A stretch of DNA of 64,000 nt from Planctomycetota bacterium (GTDB lineage Bacteria; Planctomycetota; UBA11346), in assembly GCA_038213805.1 (NCBI GenBank), contig JBBQSO010000001.1, positions 1-64,000 on the forward strand, read 5' to 3'. Of this stretch, positions 49,093 through 58,177 are shown one piece after another (the stretch's first letter is position 1; every line of letters begins with the position of its first letter). The translations under genes were made by a program, and so were the position numbers. The notes beneath the pieces are model-generated. The model worked only from the letters and a program-made list of their open reading frames with translations. It had not been told where the DNA came from and did no database searches.

Positions 49093-49474
49093 CGACCGGC
49101 GACCCTGTCCCTAAGAGAACCTTCACCAGGGTGCGGGCTGAGGGCGGGGGATCTTTAGGGAGTGTGCCACCGATAGTACTAGCGTGTTATCCGACCGCCC
49201 TGATGCCTTTTGTCCGTACTCCGTGAAAACACGTAAGGTGTTGCTCTATCTGGTAGTTCATTGTTTTCACTGGGACTAGGACGATCCCCGCTGTGCTCCG
49301 CGCACACAAGTCGCAAACCAATGCACGGCACGCATGTAGACCACTGGTCGGTAACATCTCCGATTGGCTGACATGACCGGCCTACGAGCCCGCATATGCA
49401 GGTGGATCGCGTTTCCGACCGCTGCGTCGGACGCATCCTGAGCGTACACTCCCAAGGTGCTTCGACCCCCTCCC

Positions 49475-51913
49475 ATGCGCTTCCCGACCTGCACTGCCAC
49501 CTTCTTGACCGCGTTCCTGGCGACGACGGGCGGCCTTGTCGGCGGCGGCACCAGTGCCTGGGGCGCCGACACCAGCTCGGCGATGCTGGCGTCGGCGTTC
49601 GACAAGCAGGTCAAGCCGCTGCTGAACACCTACTGCGCCGTTTGCCACGGCACCGAGAAGCAGAAGGGCGACGTCGACTTCTCCACGGTCAAGGATGGCG
49701 AGCAGGCGCTCGGCCAGCTGCCGTTGTGGAAGAGCGCGCTCGCCAAGCTCACCGACCAGGAGATGCCGCCAAGCAAGGAGAAGAAGCAGCCCAGCGATGC
49801 GGAGCGGCAGACCATGCAGGTGTGGATGCGCGCCCTCAAGCGCCTGCAGCCGCCCGATCCCGGCCCGTTCATCATCCGCCGCCTCGCGCGCGTCGAGTAC
49901 GACAACACCATCCGCGACCTGTTCGGCGTCGACCTCAAGGCCGGCAGCGACCTGCCTACGGACGTGCCCGGCGAGGGCTTCGGCAACACCGTCTCGCCGC
50001 TGCTGATGGAGAAGTACCTGATCGCGGCCGACGACATCCTCGACCGTCTGATCCTTCCCGACCAGTATCACCTGACCAGCCCGGCCGGACAACTCGGCGC
50101 GATCATCGCGGGCGTGCCGGAGGAGGGCAAGCCGGACGGCAAGGAGCGCATCTTCACCTCGCCGGCCGAGCTCACCACCGTGCTCAGCATCCCCGCCGAG
50201 GGCACCTATTCTATCCGCATCAAGGCCGGTGCCGAGCAGGTCGGCAAAGAGCCGGTGCGCATCGGCATCCGCTTCGACGGCCAGTTCGTGCAGGAACTGA
50301 AAGTACTCGCGCCGACCAAGCGCCCCGCGGTCTACACCTGCTCGACCAAGCTGGTCAACGGCAAGACGCGCTTCTCGGTGGTGTTCATCAACCCCGTCGC
50401 CGATGTCGACCTGCCGCCGGCCGCGCCTGCGGCCCCCGTCGGCAACGGCAAGAAAACCCCGGCTGGCACCGCGCCCAAGCCTGCCCCGGGCGCGAAGCCG
50501 GCCACGCCGGCCAAGCCGGCCGCCCCCGCCGCCGATCCCAGCAAGGCCGCCAACCGCACCCTGCTGATCGAGAGCATCGAGATCGTCGGCCCACCCGCCG
50601 GGTTCGTCGGCGAGGCGCAGCGCCGAGTGTTCGTGGCGCTGCCCGGCAAGGACGTCGCCAAGCGCGACGCCGCGCAGAAGATCGCCCAGGCCTTCGCCTA
50701 CCGCGCCTACCGGCGCCCGCCGACCGACCTCGAAATCCAGGCGCTGCTCAAGGTGTTCGATCTCGCCGACGGCCAGGACGAGGTCTTCAACGAGTCGATC
50801 AAGCTGATGCTCAAGGCCGTGCTGGTCTCGCCGCAGTTCCTCTACCGCACGCCCGACGACCGCGTCGAAGCCAAGGATCCGGTGGTGCCGCTCGGCGACT
50901 ATGAACTCGCCTCGCGGCTCTCCTACTTCCTGTGGGCGACCATGCCCGACGACGAACTCTTCAAACTCGCCAAGGACGGCAAGCTGCACGAACCCGAGAC
51001 CCTCGCCACCCAGGTGAAGCGCCTGCTCAAGGACCCGCGCGCGCACGCCCTGGCTGAGAACTTCGCCGCGCCCTGGCTGGGCCTCGACAAAGTCGCCGAC
51101 ACCACCCTCGACGAGAAGAAGTTCCCGGGCGTCACCAAGGACATGCGCCAAGCGCTGGCCGACGAGGGCCTGACCTTCTTCGACGGGATGATGCGCGAGA
51201 GCGGCAGCGTGCTCGACTTCATCGACTGCGACTACGCCTACATGAACGGGATGACGGCCAGGCTCTACGGCATCGACTCGGTCAAGGGGCCGAAGATGCA
51301 GAAGGTCCACCTCGACGACAAGAACCGCGGCGGCGCCGCGACCATGCCGGGCGTGCTGATGGTGACCTCGACGCCCAACCGCACCAGCCCAGTCAAACGC
51401 GGCAAGTGGGTGCTTGAAGAACTGCTCGGCGCCTCGCCGCCGCCGCCACCGCCCAACGTGCCGGCGCTCGACAAGCAGGACACGCCCGAGAACGCCAAGC
51501 TCACGTTGCGCCAGAAGACCGAGCGCCACCGCGACGACCCCGCCTGCGCGAGCTGCCACCGCGTGATGGATCCGATCGGCTTCGGCCTCGAGAACTTCGA
51601 CGCCATCGGCCGCTGGCGCGACCGCGACGACACCGGTGGGCCAGTCGACGCCGTCGGCGAATTGCCGGGCAAGCAGCGCTTCAGTTCGCCGAGCGAGCTC
51701 AAAAAGATCCTGATGGGCCGGAAGGATGAATTCCTGCGCACTTTCACCAGCAAGCTGCTCGCCTTCGCGCTTGGCCGCAAACTGGTCGGCTACGACGAGG
51801 TCGTGGTCGAGGACCTCGTCGAGCAGATGGCCAAGGACGAGTACAAGCTCGACACCCTGATCGGCCGCATCGTGGCCAGCTATCCCTTCCGCAATCGCCA
51901 GACCCTCCATTAG
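49475..51913 (+). CDS. Planctomycete-type DUF1592/1588/1585/1587/1595 (PSD) protein with N-terminal cytochrome c domain and CBM-like insert
   Basis: CAVCH..MPP; RRLARVEYDNTIRDL; AYRRP; LVSPQFLYR; ELASRLSYFLWATMPD; TSPVKRGKWV; CASCH..MDPIGFGLENFD. Alternative GTG start at 49457. Confidence 0.93.
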   Translation: MRFPTCTATFLTAFLATTGGLVGGGTSAWGADTSSAMLASAFDKQVKPLLNTYCAVCHGTEKQKGDVDFSTVKDGEQALGQLPLWKSALAKLTDQEMPPSKEKKQPSDAERQTMQVWMRALKRLQPPDPGPFIIRRLARVEYDNTIRDLFGVDLKAGSDLPTDVPGEGFGNTVSPLLMEKYLIAADDILDRLILPDQYHLTSPAGQLGAIIAGVPEEGKPDGKERIFTSPAELTTVLSIPAEGTYSIRIKAGAEQVGKEPVRIGIRFDGQFVQELKVLAPTKRPAVYTCSTKLVNGKTRFSVVFINPVADVDLPPAAPAAPVGNGKKTPAGTAPKPAPGAKPATPAKPAAPAADPSKAANRTLLIESIEIVGPPAGFVGEAQRRVFVALPGKDVAKRDAAQKIAQAFAYRAYRRPPTDLEIQALLKVFDLADGQDEVFNESIKLMLKAVLVSPQFLYRTPDDRVEAKDPVVPLGDYELASRLSYFLWATMPDDELFKLAKDGKLHEPETLATQVKRLLKDPRAHALAENFAAPWLGLDKVADTTLDEKKFPGVTKDMRQALADEGLTFFDGMMRESGSVLDFIDCDYAYMNGMTARLYGIDSVKGPKMQKVHLDDKNRGGAATMPGVLMVTSTPNRTSPVKRGKWVLEELLGASPPPPPPNVPALDKQDTPENAKLTLRQKTERHRDDPACASCHRVMDPIGFGLENFDAIGRWRDRDDTGGPVDAVGELPGKQRFSSPSELKKILMGRKDEFLRTFTSKLLAFALGRKLVGYDEVVVEDLVEQMAKDEYKLDTLIGRIVASYPFRNRQTLH

Positions 51914-51931
51914 TCCTGCACGGAGCACCCC

Positions 51932-53350
51932 ATGGCCCACCGCACCACCCTCTCGCGCCGCACCTGCCTCAAGGGGCTGGGCGTGGCCATGGCGCTGCCC
52001 TTCCTCGAGACCATGACCTGGGGCGAGACGCCCAAGGGCGCGGCCAAGAACCCGGTGCGCATGGCCTTCCTGCAGTCGCCCTTCGGCGTCTACCCGGACA
52101 ATTTCTGGCCCAAGGACGCCAAGACCTTCGGGCCCTCGGGCGTGGTCCCGCCGACGCTCGAGCCGCTGCGCGCGCTGCTCGGCGACTGCCTGGTCATCCA
52201 GGGCCTGCAGAACCCCGGGATCAACGCCACCAAGGGCTCGACCCACCTGGTCGAGACCTCTTCGTGGCTGACCTGCACCGCGCCCAAGGGCGGCGGCATG
52301 GTCGAGGTCGGCGTCTCGGCCGACCAGATCGCGGCGCTGCAGGTCGGCGCGTACACCGCCATCCCCTCGCTCGAGCTCGGCATCCAGAACTCGAACTTCA
52401 GCCACACCGGCGAGGACGGCTTCGCCGGCGCGTACTACGACACCATCTCGTTCCGCACCCCGACCCAGCCACTGCCGTGCGAGAACAACCCGCGCTCGGT
52501 GCTCAACCGCCTGTTCTCGTCGCGCAAATCGATGCCCAAGCGCCGCGCCTCGAGCGGTGGGGTGGCCGCGGTCGGCGGCGGCGCCGAGGAGAGCGAAGGA
52601 CGCTCGCTGGACCAGTCGATGCTCGACGTGGTCATGGAGAGCACCGCGGAGCTGCGCAAGCACATCAGCGGCACCGACCAGCGTACCGTCGACGAGTACC
52701 TTGACGGGGTGCGTTCGCTCGAGCAGCGCGTCGCCGCCATCGAGAAGCAGCAGGCCGAGGCCGCGCACGCCAAGCAGGCCAAGGGCAACACCAAGAGCGG
52801 CTTGAAGTACTCCGACCCGATCGAGGTCGCGGTCCACGACGGCGGCAAGTGGAGCGAAAAGGTCAAGCTGATGGGCGACCTGATGATCCTCGCCTTCCAG
52901 ACCGACCTGACGCGCATCGCCACCTTCGTCTTCGAGCACCCCTTCGGCATCAGCTACCCCGAATTGGGCTTCACCGAGGCTCATCACGAGTGCAGCCACC
53001 ACGACAACAACAAGGAGAAGATCGAGAAGCTGTGCAAGATCGAGCGCTTCCAGATCGAGCAGTTCGCCTACATCGTCGGACGCATGAAGGGCCTGCTGGA
53101 CGGCAACGGCACGCTGCTCGACAACAGCATGGTCATGTGGGGATCGGGCATGGGCTATGGCCTGCAGCACAACAACAACAACATGCCGACCATCCTCGCC
53201 GGGCGCGGCGGCGGCACCATCCGCACCGGCCGCCTGGTGCACGCCACCGGCACCCAGGGCGACCTGCTGATGGCGATCCTCGCACGCGCGGGATGCGCGC
53301 CGGACCGCGCCATCGGCAGCGGGACGAAGCCGTCGAACGATCTGGTGTAA
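51932..53350 (+). CDS. DUF1552 protein (usual partner of DUF1592 proteins)
   Basis: Tat-like SRRTCLKGLGVAMALPFLE; SADQIAA; SLELG; YLDGVRSLEQR; LAFQTDLTRIATF; TLLDNSMV; LAGRGGG. Confidence 0.93.
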   Translation: MAHRTTLSRRTCLKGLGVAMALPFLETMTWGETPKGAAKNPVRMAFLQSPFGVYPDNFWPKDAKTFGPSGVVPPTLEPLRALLGDCLVIQGLQNPGINATKGSTHLVETSSWLTCTAPKGGGMVEVGVSADQIAALQVGAYTAIPSLELGIQNSNFSHTGEDGFAGAYYDTISFRTPTQPLPCENNPRSVLNRLFSSRKSMPKRRASSGGVAAVGGGAEESEGRSLDQSMLDVVMESTAELRKHISGTDQRTVDEYLDGVRSLEQRVAAIEKQQAEAAHAKQAKGNTKSGLKYSDPIEVAVHDGGKWSEKVKLMGDLMILAFQTDLTRIATFVFEHPFGISYPELGFTEAHHECSHHDNNKEKIEKLCKIERFQIEQFAYIVGRMKGLLDGNGTLLDNSMVMWGSGMGYGLQHNNNNMPTILAGRGGGTIRTGRLVHATGTQGDLLMAILARAGCAPDRAIGSGTKPSNDLV

Positions 53351-53390
53351 GCAACGCCAGGACGCTGCGACCGCGGCGTTGACCGGCAGT

Positions 53391-53429
53391 GACCGCGGCG
53401 ATGGGGCAACCCATCGCCGCGGTCGTTTC
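53391..53429 (+). terminator. 15-bp hairpin with GCAA tetraloop
   Basis: gaccgcggcgatggg-gcaa-cccatcgccgcggtc-gtttc. Confidence 0.7.
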
Positions 53430-53545
53430 GCGGCGTGGTCACATGGGCAACCACTGGGCCCACACGGTCTGGACAGGGCCTTACGCCGAGTGAGAACGTG
53501 GGACTGCGCCGACCGCTGGGACCGCGGGCCGCTACGGGAGTCCGC

Positions 53546-54553
53546 ATGCGCCATTGGCGCCAGCACTGGTTCGTCATCCTGCTCGGCGTCGCCGTGGCGC
53601 TCGCCGCCGTTGGCCCGCAGCTGGGCAGCGGCCAAAGCCCTCTGCACACGGCATCGTGGAGCCCGCTGCTCGTCCCCCTGCTGTTCCTGATCAGCGGCTT
53701 GATCCTGCGCACCCACGAGGTCCGCGCGGCCGCCGCCGACTGGCGGCTGCACCTGTTCACCCAGGGCTTCAGCCTGGCGCTGCTGCCCGTGGCCTTCTGG
53801 GCGATGGCCCTGCTGCTCGGCGCCGCCCACGTCGATGCCGCGCTGTGCACCGGGGTGGTGGTGCTGGGCGCGCTGTCGACGACCACCACCAGCGGCGTGA
53901 CCTTCACGCGCGTCTCCGGTGGCGACGAGGCGGGCGCGCTGTTCAACGCCACGCTCGGCAGCTTGCTCGGCGTGGTGGTCTCGCCGCTGCTCATCCTGCT
54001 CGCCACCGGTCGCCATGGTGCGCTGCCGGTCAGCGAAGTAATCAGCGGTCTCGCCGTGCAGGTCGTGCTGCCAGTGGTGGTCGGGCAGATCGTGCAGGCG
54101 CTGGCGCCGCGCCCGCTCGCCGCCCTGCGCGGCGCACTCGGCCTGGCCAGCCAATGGCTGCTGCTGGTGCTGGTCTGGCAGGTGTTCTGCGACAGCGTCG
54201 CGCGCGGCTTCAGTCCGACCGTCGCGCAGGTGGCCGGCATCGGCGCGCTGATGCTGGCAGCGCACCTGGCCGCCGTTGCGGGCGCCTTCCAATTGAGTGG
54301 CTGGCGCATCTGGCGCCTGAGCCGGCCGCGGCGCACCGCGGGGGTGATCTGCGCCACGCAGAAGACCGTCGCGCTTGGGCTGCCGCTCATGCGCATCGTC
54401 TTCGCAGGCGATCCCGATCTCGCGGCACTGATCCTGCCGCTGCTCGTCTACCATATGCTGCAGCTGGTGGTCGCGAGCGTGGCGGCGCCGTGGTGGCGGC
54501 GCTGGAATGCGGTGCAGACCACACCGGTGCCTGCGCGCGTCGCCCCGCTTTAA
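53546..54553 (+). CDS. Bile acid:sodium symporter-like (SBF/SLC10A7-like) transporter
   Basis: GGAG RBS; about 9-10 TM segments; FLISGL, GGDEAGALFNATLGSLLG, QKTVALGLP, PLLVYHMLQL. Confidence 0.88.
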   Translation: MRHWRQHWFVILLGVAVALAAVGPQLGSGQSPLHTASWSPLLVPLLFLISGLILRTHEVRAAAADWRLHLFTQGFSLALLPVAFWAMALLLGAAHVDAALCTGVVVLGALSTTTTSGVTFTRVSGGDEAGALFNATLGSLLGVVVSPLLILLATGRHGALPVSEVISGLAVQVVLPVVVGQIVQALAPRPLAALRGALGLASQWLLLVLVWQVFCDSVARGFSPTVAQVAGIGALMLAAHLAAVAGAFQLSGWRIWRLSRPRRTAGVICATQKTVALGLPLMRIVFAGDPDLAALILPLLVYHMLQLVVASVAAPWWRRWNAVQTTPVPARVAPL

Positions 54554-54681
54554 GGTTTGGGACCGCAATCGTGGCCTCTGGCCCATTGCCGGACTCGTCC
54601 TTCAAGCCTTTGCCCATAAAACCCTTAGGAAACCATGGCCGCCTGCTACGTGAACAGTCGTCGACGCAGGTCTTTTCCTTA

Positions 54682-54698
54682 TTGAAAACCATTTGCAA
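54682..54698. promoter_or_regulatory. Fur-like operator
   Basis: TTGAAAACCATTTGCAA, an AT-rich quasi-palindrome with 2 mismatches to TGAAAATNATTTTCA; ~210 nt upstream of the porin. Confidence 0.6.
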
Positions 54699-54909
54699 GT
54701 GCATCAGGGCCATCTAAGACCTCGCCCCACGGCCTGAAACCGTGCCAGCCGCGAGCCCACCATGCCATCTGCGACCGCGCCGATCTGTTTACTCCCAGGC
54801 CTGCGGCCCGCCGCAGGCCACACCACCCTGCACGCGTTCGTCGACCTGCTGCCGCCCCCGCAGTCAAACACCTGAGTCACCACACCGCCAGCCGTTCCGG
54901 AGCCTTCCG

Positions 54910-56313
54910 ATGTCCAGCCGCTCCCTTCCGTCCCGCCCGCTGCCGCGCTTCACCGCGGCCACCCTGCTCGCCCTCGCCGGCTGCGGCGCGCTGCACGCCG
55001 CAGACCCCGCAGCCGATAGCGCACTCCAGCAGCGCGTCGACATCCTCGAAGCGCGATTGAAGGCTTTGGAAGAGGCGAAGCAGGCCCCCGCGGCAATTCC
55101 CGCACCAGCGACTGGCAATGGCGGCCTGTCCTTCGGCGCCTACGGCGAAATGAAATTCGGCGCGCAGCAGAACCCGGATGAGGGCGGCGCGTGGCAGAAC
55201 GGCTTCGACGGCGGGCGCCTCACCCTGTTGCCCAGCTACCAGGTGGGCGACCGCCTGCTGTTCAAGGCCGAGATCGAGATCGAGCATGGCGGCACGGCGG
55301 TCGACGCCGATGACAAACTCGCCGGCGCACTCGAGGTCGAGCAGTGCTACCTCGACTACACCGTCGACGAGCATTTCCACTGGCGCCTGCCGGGCATCGA
55401 CGTGGTGCCGTTTGGCTACACCAACCTCAACCACGAGCCGACGCTGTTCTACAGCGTCCAGCGCCCCGAACTCGCCAACGGTCTGATCCCGACCACGTGG
55501 TTCGGCGCTGCCACCAGCATCCACGGCGTGCTCGCCGGTCCGGTCTCGTACCAGTTCCAGATCTCCAGCAGCCTGATCGACGATGGCGGAAACGTGCGCG
55601 ACACCAGCGCCGCCAACGGCCCGGCCAGCCCGGGCGGCTATCCGGCCGGCATCAGCGGCAGCGCCGATGCCTTGGGCCTCGCCCGCCCAACCACGGACGA
55701 ATTCAAGCAGCAGTCCAACCAGCTCGGCTACACGTTGCGGCTGGCTTACAGTGTCCCGGCCGTCACCGGACTGGCCGGCAGCAGCAGCGTCTACTTCACC
55801 CCCGACGTGGTGCCGCGCCATGCCTACGCAACCGACCTGGCGGGCGTACCGCTCGGTGACCTGCACCACTGCGCGCTGACCATGGCCGACACCGAGCTGC
55901 GCTTCCGCCCGGCCCACGACGGTATCGAGCTGCGGGCGGAGGCGGTCGCGGTATGGTTCTCAAGCCCCGCGAATCTGCGCGCCAACAACGATGGCGACCC
56001 CGCAAACAACGTCGGCAGCACCATGTGGGGCGTGTCGGCGGAGGTCGCCTGGCACCAGCGCGCCAGCGCGGGCGGCTGGGAATTCGTGCCCTTCTACCGT
56101 TACTCGCGCGAGGCCCTGCAGAACACCGGCTTCGCCGGTCTGGACGCCGATGCCCCGACCGGGTCGGGCCGCATCCAGTTCCACACCCTGGGCGTGGCGG
56201 TGTTCCCGGCGCCCGAGGTGGTGATCAAGCTCGACTACCAGGCGGTGCTGGACGGCAGCGCGTCGGGCCCGCACGGCAACCACGTGCTTGGTGGCGTCGG
56301 ATTCTTCTTCTGA
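54910..56313 (+). CDS. Outer-membrane beta-barrel porin
   Basis: Signal peptide; N-terminal coiled coil LQQRVDILEARL; EIEIEHGG..EVEQCYLDY..NLNHEPTLFYSVQRP..IPTTW; C-terminal GVGFFF barrel signature. Confidence 0.85.
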   Translation: MSSRSLPSRPLPRFTAATLLALAGCGALHAADPAADSALQQRVDILEARLKALEEAKQAPAAIPAPATGNGGLSFGAYGEMKFGAQQNPDEGGAWQNGFDGGRLTLLPSYQVGDRLLFKAEIEIEHGGTAVDADDKLAGALEVEQCYLDYTVDEHFHWRLPGIDVVPFGYTNLNHEPTLFYSVQRPELANGLIPTTWFGAATSIHGVLAGPVSYQFQISSSLIDDGGNVRDTSAANGPASPGGYPAGISGSADALGLARPTTDEFKQQSNQLGYTLRLAYSVPAVTGLAGSSSVYFTPDVVPRHAYATDLAGVPLGDLHHCALTMADTELRFRPAHDGIELRAEAVAVWFSSPANLRANNDGDPANNVGSTMWGVSAEVAWHQRASAGGWEFVPFYRYSREALQNTGFAGLDADAPTGSGRIQFHTLGVAVFPAPEVVIKLDYQAVLDGSASGPHGNHVLGGVGFFF

Positions 56314-56428
56314 ACCGCGGACGAACGGTGCGCGGGGTCAATGCCATTGCAGATGCGTGGGCGGCGCGCAGCGTCAGCCGCCGCGGGGCCGCGCCGGTCT
56401 GTCGCGACACCCTACTGCCACGCGCACC

Positions 56429-56809
56429 ATGACCACCACACCGACGCCCACGCCCCCACCCAACCGCGCCCGCCGTGGTGCGCTGCTGACGTGGGGACTG
56501 GCGGCGGCCTGCTCCGCCGTTGCGGGATGCGGCGCGGTGATCCCGCGCGTGACCCCAGAGCTGGTCGGTTATGCGCAGCGTCGTGACCCGGCCGCCGACC
56601 TCCCCGGCATGGAGGTGGCGCGCACCCTCTATGTCAACCGCTGCAATTCCTGCCACTCCCTGAACGATCCGCGCGGCTATGACGAACAGGAATGGCACGG
56701 GTGGATGCGCAAGATGGCACGCAAGGCCAAGCTCACGGCAGCGCAGGAGGCGGCGGTGCTGGTGTTCGTCCTGGCGGCGCGCGAGACGCCGCCCGAGAAG
56801 CCGCAATAG
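56429..56809 (+). CDS. Small monohaem cytochrome c lipoprotein
   Basis: Lipobox VAGC; LYVNRCNSCH; EW..WMRKM with candidate distal Met. Confidence 0.85.
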   Translation: MTTTPTPTPPPNRARRGALLTWGLAAACSAVAGCGAVIPRVTPELVGYAQRRDPAADLPGMEVARTLYVNRCNSCHSLNDPRGYDEQEWHGWMRKMARKAKLTAAQEAAVLVFVLAARETPPEKPQ

Positions 56810-57037
56810 CAGTGGCGCGACGGACAGCGATTGCTCCACCCCCGCGTGTTAGCGGTTGACTCGCAGCGGGTTCGGTCTCCATTTTGGCTCATAGCCGGCA
56901 TTCCCGGCGCCTCACCGCGTCTGTGGTGGAGCATGCCGCGGGGCGGCGCATCATGTGTGCGCCACGACGGTGCCATCCGTCAGCGCCGCCCTCACGCTTC
57001 ATGCGCCTACTTTAAGCAGGACCCCGAAAGCAGCCCA

Positions 57038-58177
57038 ATGCGCCGACCCTGCACCCTCGCTTCCGCCGGCGTCCTGATCCTGACCCTGGCCGCCTGCGGC
57101 GAGGCTGCCAAACCAGCCGCCCCGCCGCCCCCGCCCGTGGTGACCGTCACGCCCGTCATCGAACGCAGCGAGGCCGAGTGGGAAGTCGGCGTCGGCCGCC
57201 TCGAAGCCCCGGAGCTGGTCGAGGTGCGCCCGCGCGTGGCCGGCTTCATCGACAAGATGCTGGTCAAGGACGGCGCTCTGGTCGCGGTCGGCGACGTCCT
57301 GCTCGAGCTCGACCCGCGCCCGTTCCAGGTCCAGACGCGGCGCGCCGCGGCCCAGCTCGCCGAGGCGCGCGCCAACCTGGGCAAGGCGCAGCGCGATGTG
57401 GGGCGCGCGCAGCAGCTGCTCGAGAAGGAGGCGATCTCGAAGGAGGAGGCCGACAACCGCACCTCGGCCGTCGCCGCCCAGCAGGCCACGGTCGCCGCCG
57501 CCGAGGCGGCGCTGGCGTCGGCGCAGCTTGATCTCGACTACACGCGCGTCACCTCCCCCCTCGCCGGGCGCGTCGGGCGCATCACCGTCAGCGCCGGCAA
57601 CCTCGCCGGCCCGAACGGCGCGGCGGTGGCCACGGTGGTCTCATCGGATCCGATCTATGCGACCGTCGACCTGGACGAGCGTAGCTGGCTGGCCGCGCGC
57701 CCGCTGCTGACCGCGGCCGACGCGAAACCGCTGCCGCTGATGCTCGACGGCGAGAGCGGCTGGCCGCATCAGGCGCGCTTCGCCTTTGCCGACAACCGCG
57801 TCGACCCGGCGACCGGCACCATGCGCATCCGCGCCACCCTGCCCAACCCCGACGGCGCGCTGCCGGTCGGCGGTTTCGTGCGCCTGCACGTGCCGGTGGC
57901 GGCGGTCGCTCTGCGCCTGCTGGTCGACGAGCGCGCCATCGGCACGGACCAGAGCAACCGCTACGTGCTGGTCCTGGAGGACGGCAAGGCCGTCTACCAC
58001 AAGGTCACCCTCGGCCCCGCGGTTGACGGTGGTCTGCGCATCGTGCGCAGCGGCGTGAAGGCCGGCGACGGCATCATCTTCGACATCGCGAAAGTCCGGC
58101 AGGGCGCGGCGGTGACCGTCAAGGCTGCCGACAGCGCGACCGCCGGCACCCAGCCCGCGAGCGGAACCGCACGGTGA
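57038..58177 (+). CDS. RND efflux periplasmic adaptor (MexE/OqxA-like lipoprotein)
   Basis: Lipobox LAAC; VEVRPRVAGFI; LDLDYTRVTSPLAGRVGR; DNRVDPATGTMRIRA; AIGTDQ. Confidence 0.95.
   Translation: MRRPCTLASAGVLILTLAACGEAAKPAAPPPPPVVTVTPVIERSEAEWEVGVGRLEAPELVEVRPRVAGFIDKMLVKDGALVAVGDVLLELDPRPFQVQTRRAAAQLAEARANLGKAQRDVGRAQQLLEKEAISKEEADNRTSAVAAQQATVAAAEAALASAQLDLDYTRVTSPLAGRVGRITVSAGNLAGPNGAAVATVVSSDPIYATVDLDERSWLAARPLLTAADAKPLPLMLDGESGWPHQARFAFADNRVDPATGTMRIRATLPNPDGALPVGGFVRLHVPVAAVALRLLVDERAIGTDQSNRYVLVLEDGKAVYHKVTLGPAVDGGLRIVRSGVKAGDGIIFDIAKVRQGAAVTVKAADSATAGTQPASGTAR

Noticed and set aside
49382..54586. 1734-aa minus-strand ORF
   Set aside because: Antisense shadow spanning three well-supported + strand genes.
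54910..56313. Cyc2-type fused cytochrome-porin, or the outer-membrane factor of the RND pump
   Set aside because: No CxxCH in the porin, and no TolC-like helical repeats.
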